From positions 1 through 32,032 of the forward strand of contig DAVZKM010000001.1 of NCBI GenBank assembly GCA_052272245.1: a DNA stretch of 32,032 nt, given 5' to 3'. Of this stretch, positions 8,676-18,293 are shown piece after piece; within the stretch, counting starts at the first letter, position 1, and each line of letters opens with the position of its first letter. The notes under the pieces are model-generated. The model was given only the letters and a program-made list of their open reading frames with translations. It made no database searches and was not told where the DNA came from. The DNA comes from Eubacterium sp. (GTDB lineage: Bacteria; Bacillota; Clostridia; Oscillospirales; Acutalibacteraceae). A program made the translations under genes and the position numbers.

Positions 8676-10013
8676 CTATTTATTAAGTTTTAATGATTTT
8701 TTATAAACAAAAAGAGAAATAACGGCAGTGAGAAGTTCAGCAACCCAAAAAGCATGCCAAACACCGACGGCGCCAAAAAATCGGCTTAAAATAAATGCAG
8801 CCGGGATAATTATAATAATATATCTGCAAAGCGAAATAACAAGCGAAGGAAAGCCTTTGCTAAGCCCCTCAAGAGCACCGCAAGACGTTACAGACACGGC
8901 TGACACAACAAAGCCGGCGCTTATAATTCTTAAAGCGATTGCGCCGAGTTTTACAGTTTCGTCATTATTTGTGAATAGAGAAATAATATTTGAGGGAATT
9001 ATCAGGCAAATAACAGTGCCTGCTGCCATAATTGCGGCAATCATAATAAGAACATAAGAATATATTTGGCGTACTCTTTTATGTTCACCGGCACCGTAAT
9101 TATATGCAATAATGGGCCTCATACCTTGAACAATTCCGTTAGCAGTCAAATAAAGAAAAGTTTGAAGTTTATAATAAACGCCAAGCACAAGAACACAAAC
9201 CTGTGAAAAAGCGGATAAAATAGCATTTAAAGACGAAATAAGAAGAGACGGCAGAGCAAGATTTAAAATAGCGGGAATGCCGATTGAATAAAGCTTTTTA
9301 ACCATATATGAAGTGAGTCTTACATAATGACGTTCTACCTTAACACTCGAAGGCTTTAAAATATAATAAATAACATAAATAATAAACGTAACACATTGAC
9401 CGAGGCCTGTTGCAAGTGCGGCACCTTTAATGCCCATTTTTGGTATAAAGCCGATACCGAAAATCATAATCGGGTCTAAAATAATATTTGTTATACAACC
9501 TACCATTAAACCTATCATTGTTATTTTCATATTACCGACTGCCTGAAAAAGCTTTTCAAAAAAGAGATTAAGGCTGTTAATAATTGTGAATAAAAAAACA
9601 ATATTACAATACCAAACACCGAGAGAAATCACATTTTCGTCTTTTGTAAAGGCAGATAAAAACGGTTTAATAATGAAAATACATAAAACGGTAAGAACAA
9701 TACCATGAATCAGCGAAAGTAAAAGACCTTGGGTTGCAGCGTCGTCTGCCTTATCCTTATCCCCAGCACCGAGGTGAAATGCAATAACAGCATTAATGCC
9801 TACGCCAAAGCCAATTGCAACAGCATTAATAAAGTTTTGAACCGGATAAACAAGCGAAATTGCGGTCATAGCATTTTCACTGATTTTAGCGACAAAGTAG
9901 CTGTCGACAATATTATAAAGCGAATTTACACACATAGAAATAACCATAGGAAGCGCCATTGAAATAATGAGCGGCAAAACAGGCTTTTCTTTCATAAATA
10001 CTTCATTTTTCAT
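8676..10013 (-). CDS. MATE family efflux transporter
   Basis: About 12 TM; LYNIVDSYFV, NIILDPIMIFG, GAALAT, YNYGAG. Confidence 0.93.
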   Translation of the reverse strand: MKNEVFMKEKPVLPLIISMALPMVISMCVNSLYNIVDSYFVAKISENAMTAISLVYPVQNFINAVAIGFGVGINAVIAFHLGAGDKDKADDAATQGLLLSLIHGIVLTVLCIFIIKPFLSAFTKDENVISLGVWYCNIVFLFTIINSLNLFFEKLFQAVGNMKITMIGLMVGCITNIILDPIMIFGIGFIPKMGIKGAALATGLGQCVTFIIYVIYYILKPSSVKVERHYVRLTSYMVKKLYSIGIPAILNLALPSLLISSLNAILSAFSQVCVLVLGVYYKLQTFLYLTANGIVQGMRPIIAYNYGAGEHKRVRQIYSYVLIMIAAIMAAGTVICLIIPSNIISLFTNNDETVKLGAIALRIISAGFVVSAVSVTSCGALEGLSKGFPSLVISLCRYIIIIIPAAFILSRFFGAVGVWHAFWVAELLTAVISLFVYKKSLKLNK

Positions 10014-10036
10014 AAATACTCCTCTTATTTAGGCAT

Positions 10037-10070
10037 AAAATAAGCCACGCAGCCAAAAAGACTGCATGGC
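10037..10070 (-). promoter_or_regulatory. Terminator-like hairpin inside the 5' leader of the MATE gene (candidate attenuator)
   Basis: GCCATGCAG-9 nt-CTGCGTGGC followed by TTATTTT, lying between the promoter (10123-10150) and the RBS. Confidence 0.55.
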
Positions 10071-10122
10071 GAAAAGGTGACGTAATAAGTCAGGAAAAAT
10101 CCACACTTGTTTTCGTGAAGTT

Positions 10123-10150
10123 ATTATAACATAAGAAACAATAAAGTCAA
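10123..10150 (-). promoter_or_regulatory. sigmaA promoter
   Basis: TTGACT-16 bp-TATAAT with TG extended -10. Confidence 0.7.
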
Positions 10151-10153
10151 CAT

Positions 10154-11536
10154 TTATTTTTTCATATTCATTTGTTCATGTGGAAGCCACTTACCGAATT
10201 TAGTATAAAGCGACATAAGAACAGCGCCGACAACCCAAGAAATCGGATAAAGAATAAATACACCGTCAATAGTTGAATAAAACGGTAATGCGAATTTAAT
10301 CCAAAGAATACGGAAAACACACATAGAAAAAAGCAAAATCAGCATCGGAGGAACGCCCTTTCCCGCACCTCTTACTGTTCCGGCGAGGGTATTCAAAATA
10401 CCTAAGAGAAAATAGAACGGACAAAAATACTTCATTGTAAGCTGACCGTACTTGATTACCTCTTCATTATGAGTGAATAAGCCTAAAACTTGATGAGAAC
10501 TTAAAAGAAGAACCGTACCAATAAATACAGTATAAATCAGTACCATTGCAAGCGCCGAGTACATACCTTTCTTAACTCTGTCAAGCTTATGTGCGCCGAC
10601 GTTTTGACCTGTAAACGTTGTTCCTGCCATACTTATACTTAATACAGGAAGAATATTAAAGCCGTCGATTTTCAAATAAGCCGCATAGCCTGCCATAGCT
10701 GTAGCGCCATATGTATTTACGCTCGACTGAACAAGTACATTTGAAAAAGAAATAACCATATTTTGAATAGCGGTCGGCAAACCTATTTTTATAATTTTAA
10801 AAGCTATATCTTTATTTATTTTAAGTTCTTTTAAGCAAAGCTTATAATCTGATTTAACTCTAAAAAGATAACCGAGTGCAAGAACACATGAAAGAGCCTG
10901 ACTGATATCCGTTGCTATAGCCGCACCCATAACGCCAAGTTTAAACACCCTAATCAAAAGTAAGTCAAGAATAATATTTGTTACAGACGCTACCGCAAGA
11001 TAAACAAGCGGTTTTCTTGAGTTGCCTGCCGCATTCAATATACCTGTAGCCATATTATAAATCACGTTAAAAATAAGTCCGCCGCAATAAATTTGAAGAT
11101 AAAGTGACGATGATTTTAAAACCTCTTTCGGGGTTTTCATCAAAACAAGGAGTGACGGACTTAAAAATACGCCGAGAAGCGTTAATATTATGCCTAAAAT
11201 AATCGATATGCACATTGATGTATGAACAGATATTTTAATCTGTTCTTTCCTATTTGCGCCGAGATATTGCGACACAACAACACCTGCACCGACAGCAGCA
11301 CCCTGCGCAAAAGCAATAATCAAATTTATAAGAGCGGTACCCGCACCTACTGCGGCAAGACCGTTACTGCCCACAAAATTGCCCACTATAATCGAATCGG
11401 CTGTGTTATACATTTGCTGAAGGAGATTTCCCAAAATAAGAGGAATAGAAAATACAATAAGAAGCTTCCAGATATTTCCCTCAGTCATCAAAAGAGTAGT
11501 TTTGTCTTTTTTCGTTTTTACTGCATTTTTCTGCAA
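10154..11536 (-). CDS. MATE family efflux transporter
   Basis: ORF track 10154..11632; GAAAGGA RBS and the upstream promoter favour TTG at 11536. QQMYNTADSIIVG, NIILDL, GAAIAT, GQNVGA. Confidence 0.92.
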   Translation of the reverse strand: MQKNAVKTKKDKTTLLMTEGNIWKLLIVFSIPLILGNLLQQMYNTADSIIVGNFVGSNGLAAVGAGTALINLIIAFAQGAAVGAGVVVSQYLGANRKEQIKISVHTSMCISIILGIILTLLGVFLSPSLLVLMKTPKEVLKSSSLYLQIYCGGLIFNVIYNMATGILNAAGNSRKPLVYLAVASVTNIILDLLLIRVFKLGVMGAAIATDISQALSCVLALGYLFRVKSDYKLCLKELKINKDIAFKIIKIGLPTAIQNMVISFSNVLVQSSVNTYGATAMAGYAAYLKIDGFNILPVLSISMAGTTFTGQNVGAHKLDRVKKGMYSALAMVLIYTVFIGTVLLLSSHQVLGLFTHNEEVIKYGQLTMKYFCPFYFLLGILNTLAGTVRGAGKGVPPMLILLFSMCVFRILWIKFALPFYSTIDGVFILYPISWVVGAVLMSLYTKFGKWLPHEQMNMKK

Positions 11537-11575
11537 AAAAATCGCTTTCCTTTCATATATTCTCAAATCAACTGT

Positions 11576-11604
11576 ATTATAATCAAGCGAAATAGCGTTG
11601 TCAA
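11576..11604 (-). promoter_or_regulatory. Consensus sigmaA promoter
   Basis: Perfect TTGACA-17 bp-TATAAT. Confidence 0.85.
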
Positions 11605-11641
11605 TAGATAACAAAGTAAAAAGTCGATACATAAGTATCGA

Positions 11642-12313
11642 CTATTTTTTTATTTTAAACGTTTTTAAATATGCCTTATCTTCATTTGAAACTCTAAAGG
11701 ACTCGCATATTTTTTGAATTGTTTTATTATGAACCCAAGGAGATATTTTTTTATTTATTATAATATCGTTTATCTTATCCTTAAAATCAACATAGGCATC
11801 AGCCAAGGTCCATGCGATTGCCATATTAATATAATATTCTTCCCTATTAATTGATAAAAGAATATTTAATACTTTGTCAATATACTCCTCTTTAAGAAAA
11901 TAATCAAGCATCATAACGCACATAAAGCGCACTTCATACTCACTGCAGTTTTTAAATTTAAGAATATAATTAAAAACCTCATCAAGATTTTTAAGAGTGA
12001 ATTTATAAGTTGCTGCACAGCAATCGCAAATTGCCCAATTATCAATAAGCGGCACAAATTCATCAAGAAGTGAAAATCTTTGCTCCAAACTCAATTTCTT
12101 ATTATATTCAACAACCATACCCTTTACCATTTTTTCTTCATAATAAAAGGTGTCAACAAAGGCATTTTCACCTGCCGCCGCTTTAGCAATTTTTCTTATA
12201 TTAGGCAATCTCACGCCGATTATCTTATCCCTGTCAATATTAGGGATAAGCTTAGAATGAAAGTTACCGTATTTTTCGTCTTGATTTTTAAAAAGTTCTT
12301 CTCTTACGTTCAT
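11642..12313 (-). CDS. DNA alkylation repair protein (AlkD-like HEAT-repeat glycosylase)
   Basis: IIGVRLPNIRKIAK, IDNWAICD, YYINMAIAW; start probably ATG 12313 (track 12337). Confidence 0.82.
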   Translation of the reverse strand: MNVREELFKNQDEKYGNFHSKLIPNIDRDKIIGVRLPNIRKIAKAAAGENAFVDTFYYEEKMVKGMVVEYNKKLSLEQRFSLLDEFVPLIDNWAICDCCAATYKFTLKNLDEVFNYILKFKNCSEYEVRFMCVMMLDYFLKEEYIDKVLNILLSINREEYYINMAIAWTLADAYVDFKDKINDIIINKKISPWVHNKTIQKICESFRVSNEDKAYLKTFKIKK

Positions 12314-12336
12314 AATATCACCGAGGATATTATACA

Positions 12337-13575
12337 TTAATCAAAATATTCTTTCAAGTTATCAAAAATATCCTTTTCAATCTTAATGATATTTTCTTTT
12401 ATTTCACAATCAAGATTAATTTCATCAACAAGTTTAGGATTTCTGACCTCTATTGAAGTATCACTAAATCTTATTATATTTTGAACACCGCCGAGGGCAG
12501 ATACCGTATTTTTAAGGTTGTTGGGAATATAGATATTTAAAAGTGAGCTGATACCGTATTTTTCATAAAAATACTTAGTTACAAAATATCCGATAGCGGT
12601 AAAAACAATACCAAGAGTTACAAGATAAATATACTTGTCGGCATTAATAAATATTTCAATTATACCGCCTCCGAAGGAAAAACCGACAGAAATTTTAACA
12701 ATTGAAGCGCAAAAATAACCAAGGGAAGAAATAACACAAAGGCTTAAAAATAAATATGGGCTTTCCAAAAGAATAAAAAACATAAAAATAGTGACATTAC
12801 CACAAAGAATTGAAGAAGCAACAATTATGCAAAACACTGCTTTTTCAATGCCTTTTAATTCTTTGATTAGCGACGTAAACACACCGACAATCAAAAATAT
12901 TAAATAGGAATGACCGGAAAGATAGGTAATAACCGATTGAGATTTGATATTATTTTTAAAAATATTAATTGCACCGCTGATAATTGAATTATTATTGATA
13001 ATCTGTGTTGAACCGAAGCTTTTATAATAAAACATATTTTCAAAGCTTGAAAAATCAAGCGGAGAAAGAAACGTATTAACAAAACCGAACATAGCTGATG
13101 AAATATTCCCTTTATTTGAAACAAATGCGGAAACACCCATAATAAAATTATTATAAATGTCATACAAATAAGTGCACAAAACAGCAAAAATAAGCGTTGA
13201 CGACAAAAGCAATAACGAAGCGGTAACAAAGTTCAGATTTTTGTAACAATAGTAAGCTAAAAGAGAGATTAAAACAGCAAAAAAATATGATTTAGACTGC
13301 GTAAATACAGAGTAAAAAATAAATGTGCAAAATAAAGTAAACAATGCTTTAAAGGTTTTCCTGCCGTTAATCAAATAAAATGTTGTAAAAAAAGAAATGG
13401 CAAGAGGTACAATAAATTCAAGACAGGAGGATAGATTTTTAAATGAAATAATTTCGTTGTTCGTTTTAAACGCAAGAAAATCAAAAAATGCTTTAAACGC
13501 AAAAAAGATTGAAGTTATTCCCAAAGAAATGAGCATTGCATTTTTAAGCTTATTAAAATAATTATAAATGTTCAT
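12337..13575 (-). CDS. Highly divergent PTS glucose-family EIIC(B)-like membrane protein lacking catalytic motifs
   Basis: Colinear similarity to EIICB (FGFVNTFLSP, FGS, GFSFGGGIIE, LGGVQNI..VRNPKLVDE) but no GLHH, GITEP or CxTRLR. Start probably ATG 13575. Confidence 0.7.
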   Translation of the reverse strand: MNIYNYFNKLKNAMLISLGITSIFFAFKAFFDFLAFKTNNEIISFKNLSSCLEFIVPLAISFFTTFYLINGRKTFKALFTLFCTFIFYSVFTQSKSYFFAVLISLLAYYCYKNLNFVTASLLLLSSTLIFAVLCTYLYDIYNNFIMGVSAFVSNKGNISSAMFGFVNTFLSPLDFSSFENMFYYKSFGSTQIINNNSIISGAINIFKNNIKSQSVITYLSGHSYLIFLIVGVFTSLIKELKGIEKAVFCIIVASSILCGNVTIFMFFILLESPYLFLSLCVISSLGYFCASIVKISVGFSFGGGIIEIFINADKYIYLVTLGIVFTAIGYFVTKYFYEKYGISSLLNIYIPNNLKNTVSALGGVQNIIRFSDTSIEVRNPKLVDEINLDCEIKENIIKIEKDIFDNLKEYFD

Positions 13576-13598
13576 ACATCTATTATTACCAAAATATG

Positions 13599-13639
13599 AA
13601 AAAAATAAACCGCAGCAAGAATAAATTCCTGCTCCGGTT
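13599..13639 (-). terminator. Intrinsic terminator after radC
   Basis: AACCGGAGCAGGAAT/ATTCTTGCTGCGGTT imperfect stem followed by TATTTTTTT. Confidence 0.65.
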
Positions 13640-13643
13640 AATT

Positions 13644-14477
13644 TTACCAATCATCCTGCATAAAACTCATACGTAGTGAGAAAGGTTGATCATTTCCTAT
13701 AATAATATGGTCGATAAAATTAATATCAACATTTTTAAGCACATTGTCAATAGAAACAGAAAAATTCAAGTCTGCGTCTGACGCTTTGCTTGAACCATTT
13801 GGGTGATTATGCGTAAAAAGCACACCGGAAGCCTTGTCTATTATTGCAGCTTCAAGAATTTCACGAGTATTCGACGGTGCAGTATTGGCATTACCCTCTC
13901 CTATCAAATGGATATTAATAATTGATCCGTCGTTATTGAGCGTAATCATATATAACTTTTCGACTTTTTCATATTTAAACAAATTACTGCAATAAGCTAT
14001 TGCTTCTGATGAACAATTCAAATTATCAACATTCTTATTTCTGTTATTTGCTACTCTTTTATTAAGTTCGACAACCATTTTAATACCTATAGCGGCAGAT
14101 TGACCGATACCGTTTACCGTCATAAGCTGATTAGCATCTGCATTCAGGACTCCCTCAAGCGAGCCAAAGCGATTTATCAACGCATATGCAAGTTCCTTAA
14201 CATCTTTTTGAGGAATTATAATTGATAAAAATAGTTCAAGCAAATTATGGTCGGGAGAATTTTGCATTCCTCCGGCAAGATAAACTTCCCTCATTCTCTG
14301 CCTATGACCGTTTCTGCTTAGCTTAGGGTTGTTTGATTCAACAGAAAGAGCGTTAAAATCCTTTGCCGGGAAATTTTTATCAAGCGAATTTTGATAATAC
14401 TTATTCGTAAATTTATCTTTATCGTTATAATCAGACAATGCACTGCCGAAATCAAATTTCGACATATCAAATTTCAT
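13644..14477 (-). CDS. radC: RadC family JAB-domain protein
   Basis: GHRQRMR, HhH region (VNGIG), HNHPNG..S.AD and DHIIIG; start probably ATG 14477 (track 14501). Confidence 0.9.
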   Translation of the reverse strand: MKFDMSKFDFGSALSDYNDKDKFTNKYYQNSLDKNFPAKDFNALSVESNNPKLSRNGHRQRMREVYLAGGMQNSPDHNLLELFLSIIIPQKDVKELAYALINRFGSLEGVLNADANQLMTVNGIGQSAAIGIKMVVELNKRVANNRNKNVDNLNCSSEAIAYCSNLFKYEKVEKLYMITLNNDGSIINIHLIGEGNANTAPSNTREILEAAIIDKASGVLFTHNHPNGSSKASDADLNFSVSIDNVLKNVDINFIDHIIIGNDQPFSLRMSFMQDDW

Positions 14478-14494
14478 AATATCACTTACTCTTT

Positions 14495-14746
14495 TCACCA
14501 AGTTTTATTGTTAAAATCTGCACAATGTTTATCCTTAAATGCAGCACGAACTTCCACATAACAACCACACTTAAGGCACATACCCGAAATAAGGAAGTCG
14601 CATTTCTTACACTTTTCAAGCCTTAATTTATAGTTTTTCATATCTGTTTTTAAAGATGAGTCAATATTATTAAGATATTCTTTTATTGTATCATAAGATT
14701 TATTTTCCCCAGCCTCTAAAAGCAAACATTTTTTACATTTTTTCAT
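14495..14746 (-). CDS. Small Cys-rich protein (DUF6171-like)
   Basis: CKKC, RLEKCKKC, CLKCGCYVEVRA and HC pattern; TAATG coupling to the GH51 stop. Confidence 0.75.
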   Translation of the reverse strand: MKKCKKCLLLEAGENKSYDTIKEYLNNIDSSLKTDMKNYKLRLEKCKKCDFLISGMCLKCGCYVEVRAAFKDKHCADFNNKTW

Positions 14747-16230
14747 TATTCAATAACAAATTTAACTACACTGCACGGAGGAAGCGTTGCAGTAAAGCCA
14801 TCCTTTAATTGTCTAAAATCGGAAAAATCCTTTATTTCAACAGTATTTGTATTTTCAAAATCATTTTTATCATGAATATCACCGTTCAAAACATATGCTT
14901 TTATATTCTTAACCTTCTTATCAGCTATTTGACATTTGATTTTAGCTGATTTTTTATCGGCAATATTTACAACTGTTGAATAAATAATATCATTTTCATC
15001 AATTGAAGCGGATTCAATAAGCTGAGGACAAGAACGTTTCGCATCTTTAGAATCAATTTTATCAGTAGTAATAAACGAACCTAAAAGCATATTATTTTGA
15101 TGTTCTTTAAACATCTTAAAAACATAAAATGTTGGAGTAAGCACAATCCTCTGTGCATCTGTTAAAATCATTGCCTGCAAAACATTAACGGTTTGAGCGA
15201 TATTTGCCATCATTATCCTATCGCTGTGCTTATTAAATATATTAAGCGTTAATGCGGCAACCATAGCATCACGCATTGTGTTTTGCTGATATAAAAATCC
15301 CGGATTTGTACCCGGCTCAACATCATACCAAGTTCCCCATTCATCAACAATAAGATTAACCCATTGCTGAGGATTAACGCTGTTCATAACAGCGATATGA
15401 TTGTTTATAAGTTCTTCAATTCTGTAAGCCTTTGCAAGAGTTTTATAATATTCCTTAGTGTCAAACTCTGTTGCAGAACCTTTATGCTCCCATGTATCAC
15501 CGGGAATTGTATAATAATGAAGCGAAATACCCTGAGCATAGTGCTTAACCTTGTCCATTACCTCTCTTGTCCAGTGATAATCATCAACATTAGGACCACA
15601 GGCAATGCGCTTTATTTTATTATTGCTGTTATAATCACGAACGTATGTATTATATTTCTTATAAAGGCAGCCGTAATATTCAGGGTCCATATTACCGCCG
15701 CAGCCCCACGACTCGTTACCAACGCCGAAATAGTTGATTTTCCAAGGTTTTTCACTGCCGTTTTGCTTTCGAAGCTCAGCCATTGGAGAAACGCCGTCAA
15801 ATGTCATATATTCAACCCATTCGTTCATTTCCTTAACAGTACCGGAACCTACATTGCCGTTAATGTATGTGTCACAGCCGAGCTGACGGCAAAGCTCAAA
15901 ATATTCATGAGTTCCAAAAGAATTATCCTCAACAACACCGCCCCAATGGGTATTTATCATTTTTTTACGATTTGCTTTATCGCCTATTCCGTCCTTCCAA
16001 TGGTATTCGTCGGCAAAACAACCGCCGGGCCAACGAAGAACAGGAATATCAATATCCTTTAACGCATTAACAACGTCAATTCTCATACCGTTTACATTAG
16101 GAATTTTGGAGTTCTCGCCAACATATATGCCCTCATATATGCACCTACCCAAATGCTCGGCAAAGTGGCCGTATATATCTTTATTTATTTTACTTATTTT
16201 ATGATTTGGGTTAATTAAATATTTATCCAT
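14746..16230 (-). CDS. Alpha-L-arabinofuranosidase, GH51
   Basis: [27 protein letters not shown] acid/base and DEWG nucleophile; AGGAG RBS before ATG 16230. Confidence 0.93.
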   Translation of the reverse strand: MDKYLINPNHKISKINKDIYGHFAEHLGRCIYEGIYVGENSKIPNVNGMRIDVVNALKDIDIPVLRWPGGCFADEYHWKDGIGDKANRKKMINTHWGGVVEDNSFGTHEYFELCRQLGCDTYINGNVGSGTVKEMNEWVEYMTFDGVSPMAELRKQNGSEKPWKINYFGVGNESWGCGGNMDPEYYGCLYKKYNTYVRDYNSNNKIKRIACGPNVDDYHWTREVMDKVKHYAQGISLHYYTIPGDTWEHKGSATEFDTKEYYKTLAKAYRIEELINNHIAVMNSVNPQQWVNLIVDEWGTWYDVEPGTNPGFLYQQNTMRDAMVAALTLNIFNKHSDRIMMANIAQTVNVLQAMILTDAQRIVLTPTFYVFKMFKEHQNNMLLGSFITTDKIDSKDAKRSCPQLIESASIDENDIIYSTVVNIADKKSAKIKCQIADKKVKNIKAYVLNGDIHDKNDFENTNTVEIKDFSDFRQLKDGFTATLPPCSVVKFVIE

Positions 16231-16259
16231 ACCTACTCCTAAAAACAATTATACTAATG

Positions 16260-16333
16260 AAAATATCACATCATATCAAATTTGTCAATAATTTACATAA
16301 AATATTGACAACAAATATAAATGAGATTATCAT
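16260..16333. promoter_or_regulatory. Back-to-back divergent sigmaA promoters
   Basis: Minus: TTGACA(16288-16283)-17-TATTTT. Plus: TTGACA(16305-16310)-17-TATCAT. Confidence 0.6.
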
Positions 16334-16356
16334 TAATGGGAAAGCAGGTATTAAAA

Positions 16357-17433
16357 ATGTATATAAATATTGAAAAGACAACAAAATTAATTAAAGAAAA
16401 AGGGTGCGACGCAGTTATACTTTTCAACGAGAGTAATATGCACTACCTTTGCTCTTTTTCGCCGAGCGAAGGCGTTATAATAATCACAAAAAGCGGCAAC
16501 GGTTACCATATTGTTGACTCACGATACACTGAAACGGCTCAAATTCACGCTCAAAAAACCGGATTACAGGTAATAGAAATCAAAAATTCATTTTTATACG
16601 AGGTAAATGATATCGTAAAAAAAGAAAATATCAAAAGACTTCTTTTTGAAAATGAAACAATATCGCTTGCGCAATATAATTCATATGCAAAAAAACTCAA
16701 CAGCACAGAATTTGTTGAGTTAAATCACGATTTTATGCTTATGAGAAACAAAAAAGAAGCATTTGAAATCGAGCTTATTAAAAAAGCAAATAATATTGCC
16801 GAAAAATCATTTTTAGAGCTTTTAAATGAAGTAAAAATAGGCAGAACAGAAAAAGAACTTGCTGCCTTATTTGATTACATTATGGCAAAAAACGGTTCTG
16901 ACGGAGTAAGCTTTGACACAATTTTATTAACGGGCACTCATACATCTATGCCCCACGGCGTTCCAAGTGACAAAAAAATCAAGGATGGTGATTTTATACT
17001 CTTTGATTTTGGTGCAACGTACCAAGGATATCATTCAGATATGACAAGAACAATTGCAATCGGTAACGTAACAGAGGAAATGAAAGAAGCTTATGACCTT
17101 GTATTAAAGGCTCAGTTAGCCGGAATAAAGGCGCTTAAAGCCGGAGAAAAATGCGCCGACGTTTACCAAGCAGCTTATGACGTGCTAAATGAAAAGGATA
17201 TGGGAAAATATTTCCGCCACAGCTTAGGTCATGGAGTAGGACTTGACATTCACGAGGGATATAATGCCTCGCCAAAAAGTAATGATGTGTTTGAGGTCGG
17301 AAACGTAACTTCGATTGAGCCGGGAATTTATATACCTGACAAATTCGGAATACGAATTGAGGATTTACTTTATATTTCTCCGAGAGGAAGAGAAAATCTT
17401 TCAAAAGTAACTAAAAAATTAATCATCTTATAA
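16357..17433 (+). CDS. Xaa-Pro aminopeptidase/dipeptidase (M24B)
   Basis: DFGA..YHSDMTRT, HSLGHGVGLDIHE, EPGIY, GIRIED; likely ATG 16357 (track 16321). Confidence 0.92.
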   Translation: MYINIEKTTKLIKEKGCDAVILFNESNMHYLCSFSPSEGVIIITKSGNGYHIVDSRYTETAQIHAQKTGLQVIEIKNSFLYEVNDIVKKENIKRLLFENETISLAQYNSYAKKLNSTEFVELNHDFMLMRNKKEAFEIELIKKANNIAEKSFLELLNEVKIGRTEKELAALFDYIMAKNGSDGVSFDTILLTGTHTSMPHGVPSDKKIKDGDFILFDFGATYQGYHSDMTRTIAIGNVTEEMKEAYDLVLKAQLAGIKALKAGEKCADVYQAAYDVLNEKDMGKYFRHSLGHGVGLDIHEGYNASPKSNDVFEVGNVTSIEPGIYIPDKFGIRIEDLLYISPRGRENLSKVTKKLIIL

Positions 17434-17435
17434 AT

Positions 17436-17482
17436 TATAAAAACTAAAAGGACATATGCAATATGTCCTTTTAGTTTTTATA
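17436..17482. terminator. Bidirectional terminator, perfect 22-bp stem
   Basis: TATAAAAACTAAAAGGACATAT-GCA-ATATGTCCTTTTAGTTTTTATA between convergent genes. Confidence 0.88.
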
Positions 17483-17620
17483 GCTATTAAATGTGTTACT
17501 CTTACAAAAGACGGATAGCCGCCGATTAAAAAGCCATATAATAACGTAACGCAGATATTTACAATAACGTAATATGATTCAAATAATTTTTAGGTGGAGC
17601 AGTAAAAAATCAAATTTTGA

Positions 17621-18160
<540 letters not shown>

Positions 18161-18293
18161 TTTCCTTTCTTATTGATTTATTTAATTTTATCATAATTTA
18201 TTAAATAAGTAAATATACAAAAAATGAATATTTGTTGAAAGTATCAAATATTTAGTGTATATTATTATAAGACTTATTAGGAGGTATAAATTT

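Noticed and set aside
10154..12337. AlkD TAG is in frame with the long MATE ORF, suggesting read-through fusion or TAG reassignment
   Set aside because: A perfect TTGACA-17-TATAAT promoter and an RBS lie between them; the AlkD length looks normal; TAG ends other genes normally.
16282..16311. Inverted repeat TTGTCAATA...TATTGACAA as IS ends or operator
   Set aside because: Explained by the two back-to-back -35 boxes of divergent promoters.
17436..17482. 22-bp perfect palindrome as a MITE/REP
   Set aside because: Single copy directly after a stop codon between convergent genes; a bidirectional terminator explains it.
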